Source: Hemiscyllium ocellatum (lineage: Eukaryota). From it: 64,000 bases of DNA. A program made the position numbers and the translations under genes. This document shows, in pieces, positions 24,621-35,899 of this stretch. The stretch is taken from assembly GCF_020745735.1 (NCBI RefSeq), contig NC_083417.1, forward strand, positions 63,984,001 through 64,048,000, read 5' to 3'. Within the stretch, counting starts at the first letter, position 1; each line of letters starts with the position of its first letter. The notes under the pieces are model-generated. The model did no database searches. It saw nothing but the letters and a program-made list of their open reading frames with translations, and was not told where the DNA came from.

Positions 24621-26542
24621 TCTAAGCAATGGATTCAACTGACGACTCTGTACAGTTAGTGCGAGTTGGTAACTGCTGAGATCCGTTTCTGGTTTATTTT
24701 CTGCGATGTATGTCGCAAGGGCGTTTATCATTCTGAGAGTGTAGTTGTTATTTTGAGCCTCATATGCTCAACGTTACTTTGTAGTTTTAGTGTTTATTTC
24801 ACGTCTGATATCACACATGCCACTGGAAGCAAAGTTTCGGAAAAGCCATTTCATTTTCAAATGCAAAGTTTACTCACACTGCTGATGTTCATACTGTTTC
24901 TAACCACGAGTTGATCTGACTCCATCGTTCTCCTGGTCAGTGCGTCCAGATCTTAACCACAATTTTGGGCACGTGGCATTTGTTTTGACTTTTACCATAA
25001 TGAAAGGCTCTGCTTCTTGTCACTTCTTTAATGTGATCAGTAGGCTGTTATCCATTCCTTTCCGAGTTCTTATAATATGAACACGTGCATCAAATCTCCT
25101 CTCAACTTTCTCTTCATAAATGGAAATTGCCCGAGTTTCTCCACCAAGCTTCGTCCTCCGTCCATGGAATTAGGCATGTTTTGTGTCTGTTATCTCTCAG
25201 TGAGTTGGGATTTCCTTCCTGTGCTAGAATATTCTGGGTGCAAATTACACTTCAAAAAGAGAACACAAAAACCAAGACAGAAAGTAATGGAACATACTGC
25301 AATGGCAGGGGTGCCGTCTTTCAAATGGATGTTAAATAATCCTTGCAGAACTTTTTTTTCAAAGAAGTGCACTGGAATTATTGGCGTTCTTGACAACATT
25401 TGTGCTTCATTCGGAATAAAAACACAGATTGCCTATTATTAAACGGATTGCCGTTTGCCGAGGTTGGCAGGGTATGATATCAGCTGAGTTTTTTTTAATG
25501 ACAATGAATGCACTTGTAAAATAATCCATTAAGTGCAACGTGGTGTCGGAATTACAACCACCCTACAAAAGCTATGAAATTGAAAGCTTTGTTTCATTTT
25601 TACAACTTGTTTCAGCTCAATTTCGAAATGTATTCAAACCGTTCCGAATGGGCAAAGCCCAGAAATCTATGCAATGCAGCATTTCAGTCCGAGCCATGTT
25701 TGGCAAATCTAAACCAGAATTTATTTGCCTTAGTAGAATATGTTCATACTTATAATGCCAAGGACTGAGGAAGAATTATTCATTATTTGCTCTACTTACT
25801 TTGTCACTTTCACCAATCTGTGCACCAATATGCCTGGTCCATCTACTCAGGAACTCAAAGTAAGACTGTTCCTTTCATTTGATATTGTCTGCTCGTGTTT
25901 TTCTCTGGTTGCTATCTTTGCTACAAGTACAGCAAATTCTGTGTGCATTAGGTTTGATATCTGCCTTGTTTGCTGAGACATTATTAAAATGTTTTCGAAG
26001 TACCATATATCAGAACATTCACATTCTCTATTATTTAGGAAAATCATAATCAAGTTAATGAGACATGCTGTGCCTTTCGGAAATGCGGATTTATTCCGGA
26101 TTGGGGCAGGAGTTGGTCATTTGGCCCCTCAAACCTGCTCCAATGTTTAATATGATCATGGCTAATCATCCAACTCAGCACCCTGTTTTTGCTTTCTCCC
26201 CACATCCTTTGATCTCTTTATCTCTCAGAACTGTATCTAACTCCTTCATGAAAACATTCAACCGCTTTCGATGACAAATAATTAATTTATTTTTTTTATG
26301 ACAGAGGATGGAAACAAAGGTTGATGAAGTAACAGGGAAAAGGAAGACCAAGATGCAGCAGCACGTTGCAAGTTGAGCGCACAAACAATTGCATCTACTT
26401 TGAGAAGCGGTGTTGAGTCAAATACGGGTTGTTGTCATTTTAGATGTTCACTTATTTGAAATAATAGCTAAATTATGAACCCATGAAGGCAAATGAATCC
26501 AATTTGAATAGGTGCAATGGAGGACATTTTGTAAGGCTCCAG

Positions 26543-27013
26543 ATGGTAAAAACACTGACTGCAGATGCTGGAAATCAGATTCTGGATTAGAGTGGTGCTG
26601 GAAAAGCACAGCAGTTCAGACAGCATCCAAGGAGCAGGAAAATCGACGTTTTGCGCAAAAGCATCACACTTTTCAAGTGACACTTCCACACGCCACTGTA
26701 TTCCCTGGCCATCTTTGTATCGGGATTGCTGCTTGCCTCTGCCTGAGACAACAGTTAACCACAATGGAATGTATTTTGCACGGCAGAGAACAAATTGCCT
26801 TAATCAATTTATTCTTTTGTTCTAAAATGTATCAAAAATACCAAGTATCAAAAAATATCCAAATTTCAAAATATTCCCAAATACAACTTGGAAGCAGTTA
26901 AAGCAAACTACACAAGTCACCCTCTGCTTCTTTTGCCCAAAACGTCGATTTTCCTGCTCCTTAGATGCTGTCTGAATTGCTGTGCTTTTCCAGCACCACT
27001 CTAATCCACAGAC
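26543..27013. mobile_element. Penelope-like family A hairpin with a captured 270-bp centre
   Basis: TSD AGGCTCCAG (26534-26542 and 27014-27022); inverted arms at about 26578-26660 and 26930-27008; the centre is an inverted paralog of 29340-29615. Confidence 0.85.
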
Positions 27014-27274
27014 AGGCTCCAGTAGTGCAGTAGTGCTGTTCCTAACTCTGAAACAGGAAACTTCATGCGTGGCCTGCTTCAAACGTGTATAATAATGTCT
27101 GAAAATATTGAATAGAATTTGTCTGAAGTGCACAATACTCTAATCAGAAAGTTTGATATTTTTTTAAACTCAAGAATTGAGGAACTTTCCTGGCACTGTG
27201 CGAGCAGAAGGACTTAGAATTTGCTTTTTTGCTAAGTAATGTAATCCTTGTATTTCGATTTTCCTAAAACTTAT

Positions 27275-27480
27275 AGAATAGAATTCAGAGAATCCCTACA
27301 TTGTGAAAATGGGCCATTTGGACCAACAAGTCCATACCAACACTCCAAAAAGTATCCCATCCAAACCCATTCCCTCACACTATTGCTCGACATTTCCACT
27401 GACTAATGCACCTAGCCTACATTTTCCTGAACACCATGGGCAATTTAGCATGGCCAATTTACCTAACCTGCACATCTTTG
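27275..27480 (-). mobile_element. HE1-type SINE, 3' half
   Basis: CATGGGCAATTTAGCATGGCCAATTTACCTAACCTGCACATCTTTG core plus tail. Confidence 0.85.
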
Positions 27481-27503
27481 AACTTGTCAGCGTTCTCTCT
27501 GTT

Positions 27504-28955
27504 ATTTGGAGGTGCTGGTGTTCGGCTGGGGTGGACAAAGTTAAGAATCACACAACAACAAGTTACAGACCAGCAGGTTTATTTGGAAGCAGTAACTTTC
27601 GAAGTGCTACTTCTTCATCAGGTGGTTGTGAAGCAGGACCAGAAGACGCAGAATTGATAGCAAAAGATGACTTTGATACAATGATACATTGAACAAACCT
27701 AGATTGCTAAGTCATTCATCTTTTAGAATGGATTTGCTGGTTACGTTTCTTTAATGTGTAAATCACAGAAGTTCTTTTAAAGCACATTTTCAAAATAATT
27801 TAAGGTTATTATAACAAAAGTTGACATCTCAACTCAGACAATGCCTTACAGGTGCGAAGTTAGAGCCTGACTGTATCCCAAACTTGAGTCAGGCTGGTTC
27901 TATTCCAAAGTGGAATTTACAAATATTACATGAATTTATTGCGTGCTTTGACTGCTTGCAGTTACTGCATTTTTAAGCAAAATAGAACGCATTTGGAAGT
28001 TTGATTGGGCAAATACAAAATCACCCCATTAACTTACATGTGTGTGGCGTGCAGGAGAGAGAGATTGCGTGATCGCAAAGGGGCAGAGCAGAAGCTGATA
28101 GCCAAGGACGGTACCATGAGAATGGCTTCTACCATGACATTGGGTTAATGTCACACGACATGGGACCCCACTCCAACATCGTATACACACACACACACAC
28201 ACACACACACAAGTACACACACACACACTTCCATACTCACATACTCACACAGACCCTCTCTCATACACAAGCTCTCTCTCATACGCACACACATGCGCCC
28301 CCAACACCCACACCCACGCACACACCCTCTCACAGGCTTATATCCCATCACACTCACATCCGCACTTTACCAAGCTTTCACAGACTCAAGCACATACTCT
28401 CTCACGTGCACTCACGCTCACGCACCCACACTCACTCCATCTCCCTCTTCTGCACGAGCACAACATATATGCTTATAGGGTGAATTTGTATTTGAAGAAT
28501 TATATTCGTGCATGCATTCTATTTCGCTCAAACATGCAGAAACTGCAAGCAGTCAATGCATATAAAATTTGTGAATTCCACTTTGGAAATAGAACCAGTC
28601 TGACTCGAGAATGGGATACAGACAGACTCTCACTTCACAACTTTAAGGCTTTGTCTGAGCTGAAATGTCCTCTTTGTCATAAAACCTTGAATGATCTTGA
28701 GAATGTGACTTAGAAGAAGTTCTGAGATTTACATATTAAACAACGGAATCAGCAAATTCATTCTAAAAGATGAAATGCTTAACAATCTCGCTTTGTTGAA
28801 TGTATCATTGTACCACTGTAATCTTTTGCTGTAAACTCTGTGTCTGCTGGTCCTGCTTCACGATCACCTGATGAAAAAGCAGTGCATCGAAGGCAAGCGC
28901 TTCCAAATAAATCTGTTGGGCGATAACCTGGTGTTGTGTGATTTTTAACTTTGTC
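27504..28955. mobile_element. Penelope-like family B insertion with about 550-bp inverted arms
   Basis: TSD TCTCTCTGTT (27494-27503 and 28956-28965); arms at about 27510-28075 and 28410-28955; the centre holds a degenerate ORF end (QKLIAK...GLMSH) and a (CA)n tract. Confidence 0.85.
28185..28440. repeat. (CA)n and degenerate CA-rich tract within the PLE
   Basis: Direct reading; it explains the His/Thr-rich and Cys/Val-rich ORFs in the track. Confidence 0.9.
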
Positions 28956-29589
28956 TCTCTCTGTTGGCAGTGGTTAGAAACGGTTCAAGCTCGAATGGAG
29001 AAATTGGGAGTTATTCAACGTGAACTAGTGAACTGGTAACAGTCATGTGCACAATGGCTGATACTCGGAGTGGTTAAGTGTAAGGCAAGCATTACTGATA
29101 CATGAAGGAATGATCGGCACTGATCAATATGACATAACATCTCTGATTTGACTAAAGTTGAACAGACGATCAGCGATGTACCACAACACGAGTTTCGCCC
29201 TCGAGCATTACTCCTGGACAGAACAAATCCAGAGCAACCCCTCGCCAGGAGGTGGGCGGAAACGAATGAAGAACCTATGCAGACTGGCCACCTGACTAGT
29301 CCGAGCGAATGTGTTTTGATTTCAGTGCAGTTTCAAAGTAGCAGAGGGTGACTTGTGTCGTTCCCTTTAACTGTTTACAGGTTGTATTTGGGAATATTTT
29401 GATATTTGGATATGTCTGACACTTGGTATTTTTGATAAGATTTCAGAATAAAAGAGTAAATTGATTAAAGCAAATTGTACTCTGCCTTGCGAAATTCATG
29501 CCATTGTGGTTAACTGTTGTCTATTGTCTCAGGCAGACGCAAGCAGCAAACCCGATACAAAGATGGCCATGGAACACAGTGGAGTGTTG

Positions 29590-30140
29590 AAGTGGCACTT
29601 GAAAAGTGTGATGCTGGAAAAGTACAGCCAGTCAGGCATCATCAGAGGAGCAGGAAAGTCGACGTTGTGGGCATAAATTTTCATCGAAATGAGGCAGGCA
29701 ACAAGAAGCTCCAGATCATTTTTGCAGACAGAAAGTTGGTGTTCTGCAAAGCGGTTCACCACTCTGCACTTCATCTCTTCCATGTAGACAGGAATCACGT
29801 TTTTGAGCACCAGCATCCACTCCCAAAGGACTGCTTGCCATCATTTCTGCCACCTCCAACAGAATGGCACCACCAGATATATATTGCTGCTGCCTCCCTC
29901 ATCAGCCCTCCACATGGACAGTTCCATGTGGGATACCTTGGTCCACTCCTCCTCCACTCCAAATGCCACCCCAAACTCCGAAGTACCTTCCCATGGAATC
30001 ACAGAACCTGGAACACATGACCTTTTACCCCTCCCTCCTCACTACCCAAGGGTCCTGACGCACATTCCAAGTGAAACAGCGATTTACCTACACTTCAATC
30101 AATCTAGTCGACTTTACTTGCTGCTCACCATATCCAAAAG
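29590..30140. mobile_element. Penelope-like family A fragment with internal inversion (paralog of 17550-18170)
   Basis: Antisense tail and VVNRFAEHQLSVCKNDLELLVAC, then sense CHHFCHLQQNGTTRYI..SSMWDTLVHSS..QRFTYTS. Confidence 0.82.
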
Positions 30141-30999
30141 TGAGGAAAATCGGTGGCACATTTATAACTCCAAGTCATGATTTCTTTGCCAGGCTATTTC
30201 TTACTTCCACTCAAACGGACTTCTACTTCAGGATGGATGTCATTCATATCACCAGTCACTACCACAATGGTATTTTCCTTTTATTATCAAACTTTATTAA
30301 CCTCATCTCCTCTTCCGTTTTTCCTGTTCTTCCAGAGTTTTGAATGTCTTTGAGTATCCAGAAGCCAAACTTGGTCACTCTGTAATCGTGATCAACTCAT
30401 ATTCGGTTGTTGCTATTTATGTTGTCAACTTGTCGAACATGTTCAATTTATGTTAGCCTGCCTGACTCTCACACACCTACCATGTTAAAACGCTTGCCAG
30501 TACTAAATTAGCTACTCATGTGTGAATTTAAATTACACTGTGAATTCCAGTTGATAGTCCATTATTACCTTTCATTCTTTTTGACTTGAGATAGGAACGG
30601 TGAATTTTAAGCTACATTGTATCACTATTTTCTTGGACTTATTCTTGTTTTCCATTTTTTCTTCAACGTATCTGCAAATTTTATTTTTCAAGGATTTTGT
30701 TCATTGGGGTTAGGAAGTTGCTGTTAGATCATATTAGTTCTTAAACGGTCTCAATTGGCCAGATTTACTCCATTCAGCTCCAGCGGGTCCAGTGGGCATG
30801 CTTTTCACCTGTGATTTTTGTTTGGAAGGTGGTAACACCATGTTGGGTATTACACATGGGCCACATCCAGACATTTACAACCTTCTCTTTGGATTTTGAA
30901 ACTACATGCTCCATGAACCAAATGACTTCCACCAGAATTAGTCTTTTTCATGGCATCAAAATTCATAGAAACGTTCAAAACTTTAATTGTTCTACCAGT

Positions 31000-31450
31000 G
31001 CATGTGTAAAGCAATTTGAATGTCCAGTTTACCTCATGCCACTTCGTTTCCCTTGCTAATGTCTCAATTGATGTGTTAATACCTCCGCATTACTTTCCTC
31101 CTAATCTATAAGTCGAGTCTTTCCTAAGTTAAATTCACCATAATCTCGGTCTTAGGTGAGCATCTCTTTCCTCTGGATTATGCCCACTGGACCCATATTC
31201 TCTCAAGATATGAAACGACATCTCAGGATGTACCCTGTAAAGTTCCTAAAGAATCATTCGTTGTCATAAGGTGTTCTTCCAACTTCCAAAGAGTGAGTAG
31301 GGTCTGTACTCAATCGTCCTCATAATATAGCCCCTCCAAACCTGGAATAAAGATGGGCAACCTTGACTGAATTGCTTCAACGTGGCAAATCTTTCCCTAG
31401 ATCAGGAGACCAAAGCTGTTCACGGTATTCCAGCTATTGTTTAACTCTTG
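31000..31450 (-). mobile_element. Very old CR1-like fragment
   Basis: Degenerate antisense CR1 3' ORF2 phrases (CCCTAGATCAGGAGACCAAAGCTGTTCACGGTATTCCAG). Confidence 0.5.
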
Positions 31451-31904
31451 CTTTTATACTTTTAGCATGAACTCCTTCTTCTTTATATTTCATTTCCTAG
31501 AAAGTTGCTGTGTTTTCTCTCGTGTTCAAGCAGATTTAACTGTCACTCAATCCTAACTGACTTAAATATCTCCCTTGGAGTAACAGTTCTTTCTTGTATT
31601 CTAGAAAGCCCAAATGCTGGTCTAGCAGTTCAATCATCTTTGTCTTCCTGGCTCTGGACAGTAATACATTTGTAATTCTATCAGGCTGTCTTTTGTTATC
31701 TTTGAAAACTTTTGTCAAGGATTTCTCAACTGCAATAGCATTCGTCTGCTTACAAAGCCATCTTATTTTCGAATGCTGAGGCTGGTATCTCCCCTTAAAG
31801 GCTTAACCTATCTCCAGATGTAATGTTTCATTAGCATCATTCAAAGTATGCTGGTGGGAAGCCCCCAGACCTTTGTCACAGCTGAACAGGAAAAAGTGCA
31901 CCAA

Positions 31905-31992
31905 TAGGGATGCTGCCTGGCCTGCTGTGCTTTGACCAGCAACACATTTGCAGCTGTGATCTCCAGCATCTGCAGACCTCATTTTTTACTCC
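31905..31992 (+). mobile_element. Penelope-like family A 3' tail
   Basis: GGATGCTGCCTGGCCTGCTGTGCTTTGACCAGCAACACATTTGCAGCTGTGATCTCCAGCATCTGCAGACCTCATTTT is a near-identical reverse complement of 47620-47695. Confidence 0.85.
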
Positions 31993-32759
31993 AATAATCA
32001 CATCCCCACTCTGAAGCAAAGAAAATCAGATGGTTGTTGCGAGATTTAACTCAAATGTCCAAATTGATACCAGAAAATGGAACATAACACATCTTCCTTC
32101 GAACTATACAACAGGTGAAGTGAATTGTTCGATTGATACCCTTGACTGCAAGAAAAAAGATTACTGTATACGTTAACATACTGAAACGCTATCTCTGATG
32201 CTATGTGGTATAGACACTGACAGATCTCTCAGATAATAAGTGCTAGTTCAAGAACATGGAACAGGTATATTACAGGATAAGCAGGGAAACTAACATTTAA
32301 TGATTGATATTAGATCAGTTATAATCACATTTTGAAGTTGGTTTAAGAGTAACCAAAACAGATCTTGATGTTCCTGCATCATGTGGTCGTGCACTTGACT
32401 TCATTTGACAAAATAATGAACCATGGGATTGAAACAGGGTAACGACGATAATCTAATGCTTAAAGTTACAACTATAATTTTGAAAATGGTATATTTATTT
32501 TCAGAACCATGGATCCAAGTTTGAAAAATTCTCAACTAATTGCCCTTTGTCAAGAAATTTGAGCAACTGCATTCTTCTACCTTTTCTTCCTCGACATTTA
32601 ATGGTTAATTAAATACAACATTTCCATGAAAATTAAATTTTTACCTAAGTATTTTGGTTACTAATTGTTGATTCTAAAATTCTTTCAGATTTTTTTTTAA
32701 AATTAGCATACGATTAATACACATAAATTGAAGGGTGTCAACCTTGCATCCTAAGTCTA

Positions 32760-33830
32760 TATATGGTTGGAGAGACAGTTAGAGGCAATGAGGAATTTAC
32801 AAGAGCAAGGGGTGTGATGGATGGCAGTAATAGGAACGGAGAAAAGTCTCAGATACAGTCACATCGATGGGGTAACTCCAGGAATGGTAAGAGTGTGTTG
32901 GAAAATGTAAGGGATAATGGATTCTCAGGGGAGCGTAGCACGAGCAGCCAAGTTTCTGATATTGAGACTGGCTCTAATGCAATGAGGGTTCCAAGAAATC
33001 AATTGTGTCAAGGGACTCTCTAGTCCGAGGTACAAACAGATGTTTCTGTGGCCAGCAGTGAAAAATCAGAATTGCGTGTTGCTTCCCTGGTGCCAGGATA
33101 AAGGATGTCTCAGAGAAGGTGCAGAATGTTTTCAAGGAGTGGAGGACCAGCAGGACATCATTATATACAGTGGAACCAATGACATAGGAAGGTAAAAGGT
33201 TGAGATTATGAAGTGAGATTACAGAAAGTTAGGCAGGAATTTAAAAAGGTAGTCATCGAGAGTAGTAATATCTGGATTAGTCTCAGAGCTACGAGGGAGT
33301 GAGGGCAGGAAAAGGAGGATACAGCAGATGAATGCTTGGCTGAGTAGCTCGTATATGGTAGAAGGATTCACATTTTTGGATCATTGGAATCTCTTTTCGG
33401 GTAGAAGTGACCTGTACAAATAGGATGGACTGCACTTAAACTATAAGGGTCTAATATACGGCAGGGTGATTTGTTAGAGCTACTCGGGTGAATTTAGACT
33501 GGTAAGGTGGCAGGGTGGGATCCAGGGAGATGGTGAAGAAAGAGATCAATCTGAGACTCATTCATTTGAAAACAGAATCGAGTCAAACAGTCAGTGCAGG
33601 CAGGGACAAAGCAGAGAACAAGGGAGGACTGATGAATTAAACTGCATTTATTTCAACGCAAGGGGCCTTAACGGAAGGAAAATGAACCCAGGGCATTGTT
33701 CGAATAATGGGATTGCGAAATCACAGCAATTACGGAAACATGGCTCAGAGATGGACAGGTCTGGTAGCTTAATGTTACGGAATACAAATGCTACAGGAAG
33801 GATAGAAAGGGAGGCAAGAGAGGTAGTCAT
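32760..33830 (+). mobile_element. CR1 ORF1 (SGNH-like) and start of ORF2, decayed
   Basis: GDSLVRGTNRCFCG..CCFPGARIKDVSEKVQNVFK..IIYSGTNDIGR; followed by LNCIYFNARGL. Confidence 0.85.
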
Positions 33831-33969
33831 TGATTGGCATTTGTGTAATATGACTATTACTTGCCACTTACTGGTCCAAGTCTGAATGTTACATCTGTTA
33901 AAATGGAGATGTTCCTTCCTTCAGCGGATTAAACATATTGATATATGGTCTGTAGGTTAATGTATGCAT

Positions 33970-34200
33970 TCAAAACCCTGTCGAAATTCAGCAGGTCTGA
34001 CAGCTTCTGTGGGGAGAGAAAAAGAGTTAAATGCTTTAATCCCAGTATGACTCTTCAGAAGTTCTGAGGCCAGTCATGTCAGACTTAAAACATTAACTGT
34101 TTTTCTCTCCACAGATACTACCAGATCTTTTGAGTTTCTTCAGCACATTTTGTTTACACTTCAGGTTTACCAGCGTCCATAGTGCTTTGCTTTTGTTTGA
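33970..34200. mobile_element. Old Penelope-like hairpin
   Basis: AAATTCAGCAGGTCTGACAGCTTCTGTGGGGAGAGAAAAAGAGTTAA is inverted by TTAACTGTTTTTCTCTCCACAGATACTACCAGATCTTTTGAGTTT, with a degenerate hammerhead between them. Confidence 0.7.
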
Positions 34201-35627
34201 AGCTATGCATTGGCTACATTTTTTGTTTTGTAATATGCCAAGTATAAGCATCTCTTCTCTTGAAATTGTGTTTTGGGATCTTTTACATGCATTTTACAGA
34301 GTAGATAGAGCTTTTGTTTTTAAACACATGACCCAATGATGGTACACGAGATATTGCAGCACTTGCTCACAATAACATTTCAGTCTTGATTAGCATCCAG
34401 AATCTTTCTAGTTAACGATGATACAACATGTAAAAAGAAATTTGTTATAAAGTCATAATTACGGGAATTGCCTTAAAAGACAATGCTGCAGTATATCTAA
34501 TTGATGAAATGTTGCAGAAGATTAATCAATTACCATAATTTTGCTGGTTCAATAGGCAAATGTGTTGGCAAATTGACTGCGTGTAAGCTACCAATGGTGA
34601 ATGCATTCAAATGATGTGGGGTATTTTGGAATATTGTGAAAGTTACTGTATAACTACGATGACTTATTTTTAGAAAATGTCTCCATTCATTAATTTGACA
34701 AAACAAACATCACATCTTGACCAACATTGTTCAAAACCATTGCAGGTAATAAAATTTTCAGCACATCAAATGTATTCCACTAATAAAGCTCCATTTATTT
34801 AATATTGTTTTCTTACAGCTCCTAAAGACAATGTGTTCGGTGCTCTGAGCCAATACCAATGAATCCCAAAGGCAAAGAACACGGATTAAGAAAAAGTAAT
34901 AATCCAATCCCAGCTGTGAACCCAAGTGTAGGACCAAAAATTAATGAAACTGCACCAAAAAACAAGAAACACCGTAAGAAGGAGAGGGATCCTAAGTGTC
35001 CTTGCTGAGTGGAGAAGTAATCTGAATTATATTTTATAACAACTGTAGGTTCTGTTTGGAGAACACCTATATTAATTTGGGCAGCAGATGTTCATAAGTG
35101 AGTTTGAGATAATCCAGAAAGTTGCAATGTTATAAAATTACTGTTTTTAACTGTATTTGTTAACTCACTAAACGTTACTTTTCTTCTATGAATTAATCTC
35201 TACAAATTGATAATACCCTTATCTCTGATCAGTTTTGGTAATTAGGCAAACATCTTCATTGGGTGTTCACATTTTTCTGTAATCATTGTTAGTGCATTAA
35301 TTTTTGAAAACAAAAAACCCATATAAGAGAAAGTACAATGAACACAAATCTAACTTAATTCCTGTTCTTCAGTCAAACTCATTCTATGCATTTTCTGTGT
35401 CCGTTCACCAAGAGGTTCGAGAACAAATGCCTCATCCATATCTCGGATACAGAGTTTGAATCCACCATTCACAGACAGTACATGCAATTTCAGTCCTTAA
35501 CAAGTTCCCCTTCTGTGGAATTCAACCACCTATTCACCCCAACTTTTGGTAATTTGGGAATTATGTGATAACCTAAAATGGGTGGGAGGGAATTGACCAT
35601 CCATTTTGCATGTCTCAATTTGTATTT

Positions 35628-35841
35628 CAGGAGAAAGTGAGGTCTGCAGATGCTGGAGATCAAAGCTGAAAATGTGTTGCTGGAAAAGCGCAGCAGGTCA
35701 GGCAGCATCCAAAGAACAGGAAATTCGACGTTTCGGGCATAAGCCCTTCTTCCTGAAGAAGGGCTTATGCCCGAAAAGTCGAATTTCCTATTCCTTGGAT
35801 GCTGCCTGACCTGCTGCGCTTTTCCAGCAACACATTTTGAG
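35628..35841. mobile_element. Young Penelope-like family A hairpin (about 88-bp arms)
   Basis: TSD CTCAATTTGTATTT (35614-35627 and 35842-35855); axis at 35753/35754; about 4 mismatches between arms. Confidence 0.9.
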
Positions 35842-35899
35842 CTCAATTTGTATTTACCCAGACTGTAGAAAATATAAGCAAGAGCTCCTACAGGTGTTG

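Noticed and set aside
28029-28483. His/Thr-rich and Cys/Val-rich ORFs
   Set aside because: Translations of the (CA)n/(TG)n tract.
34830-35020. Hydrophobic, TM-like minus-strand frame
   Set aside because: It is the antisense of an A-rich Lys/Asn frame, and lies upstream of rather than downstream of the Ig exons.
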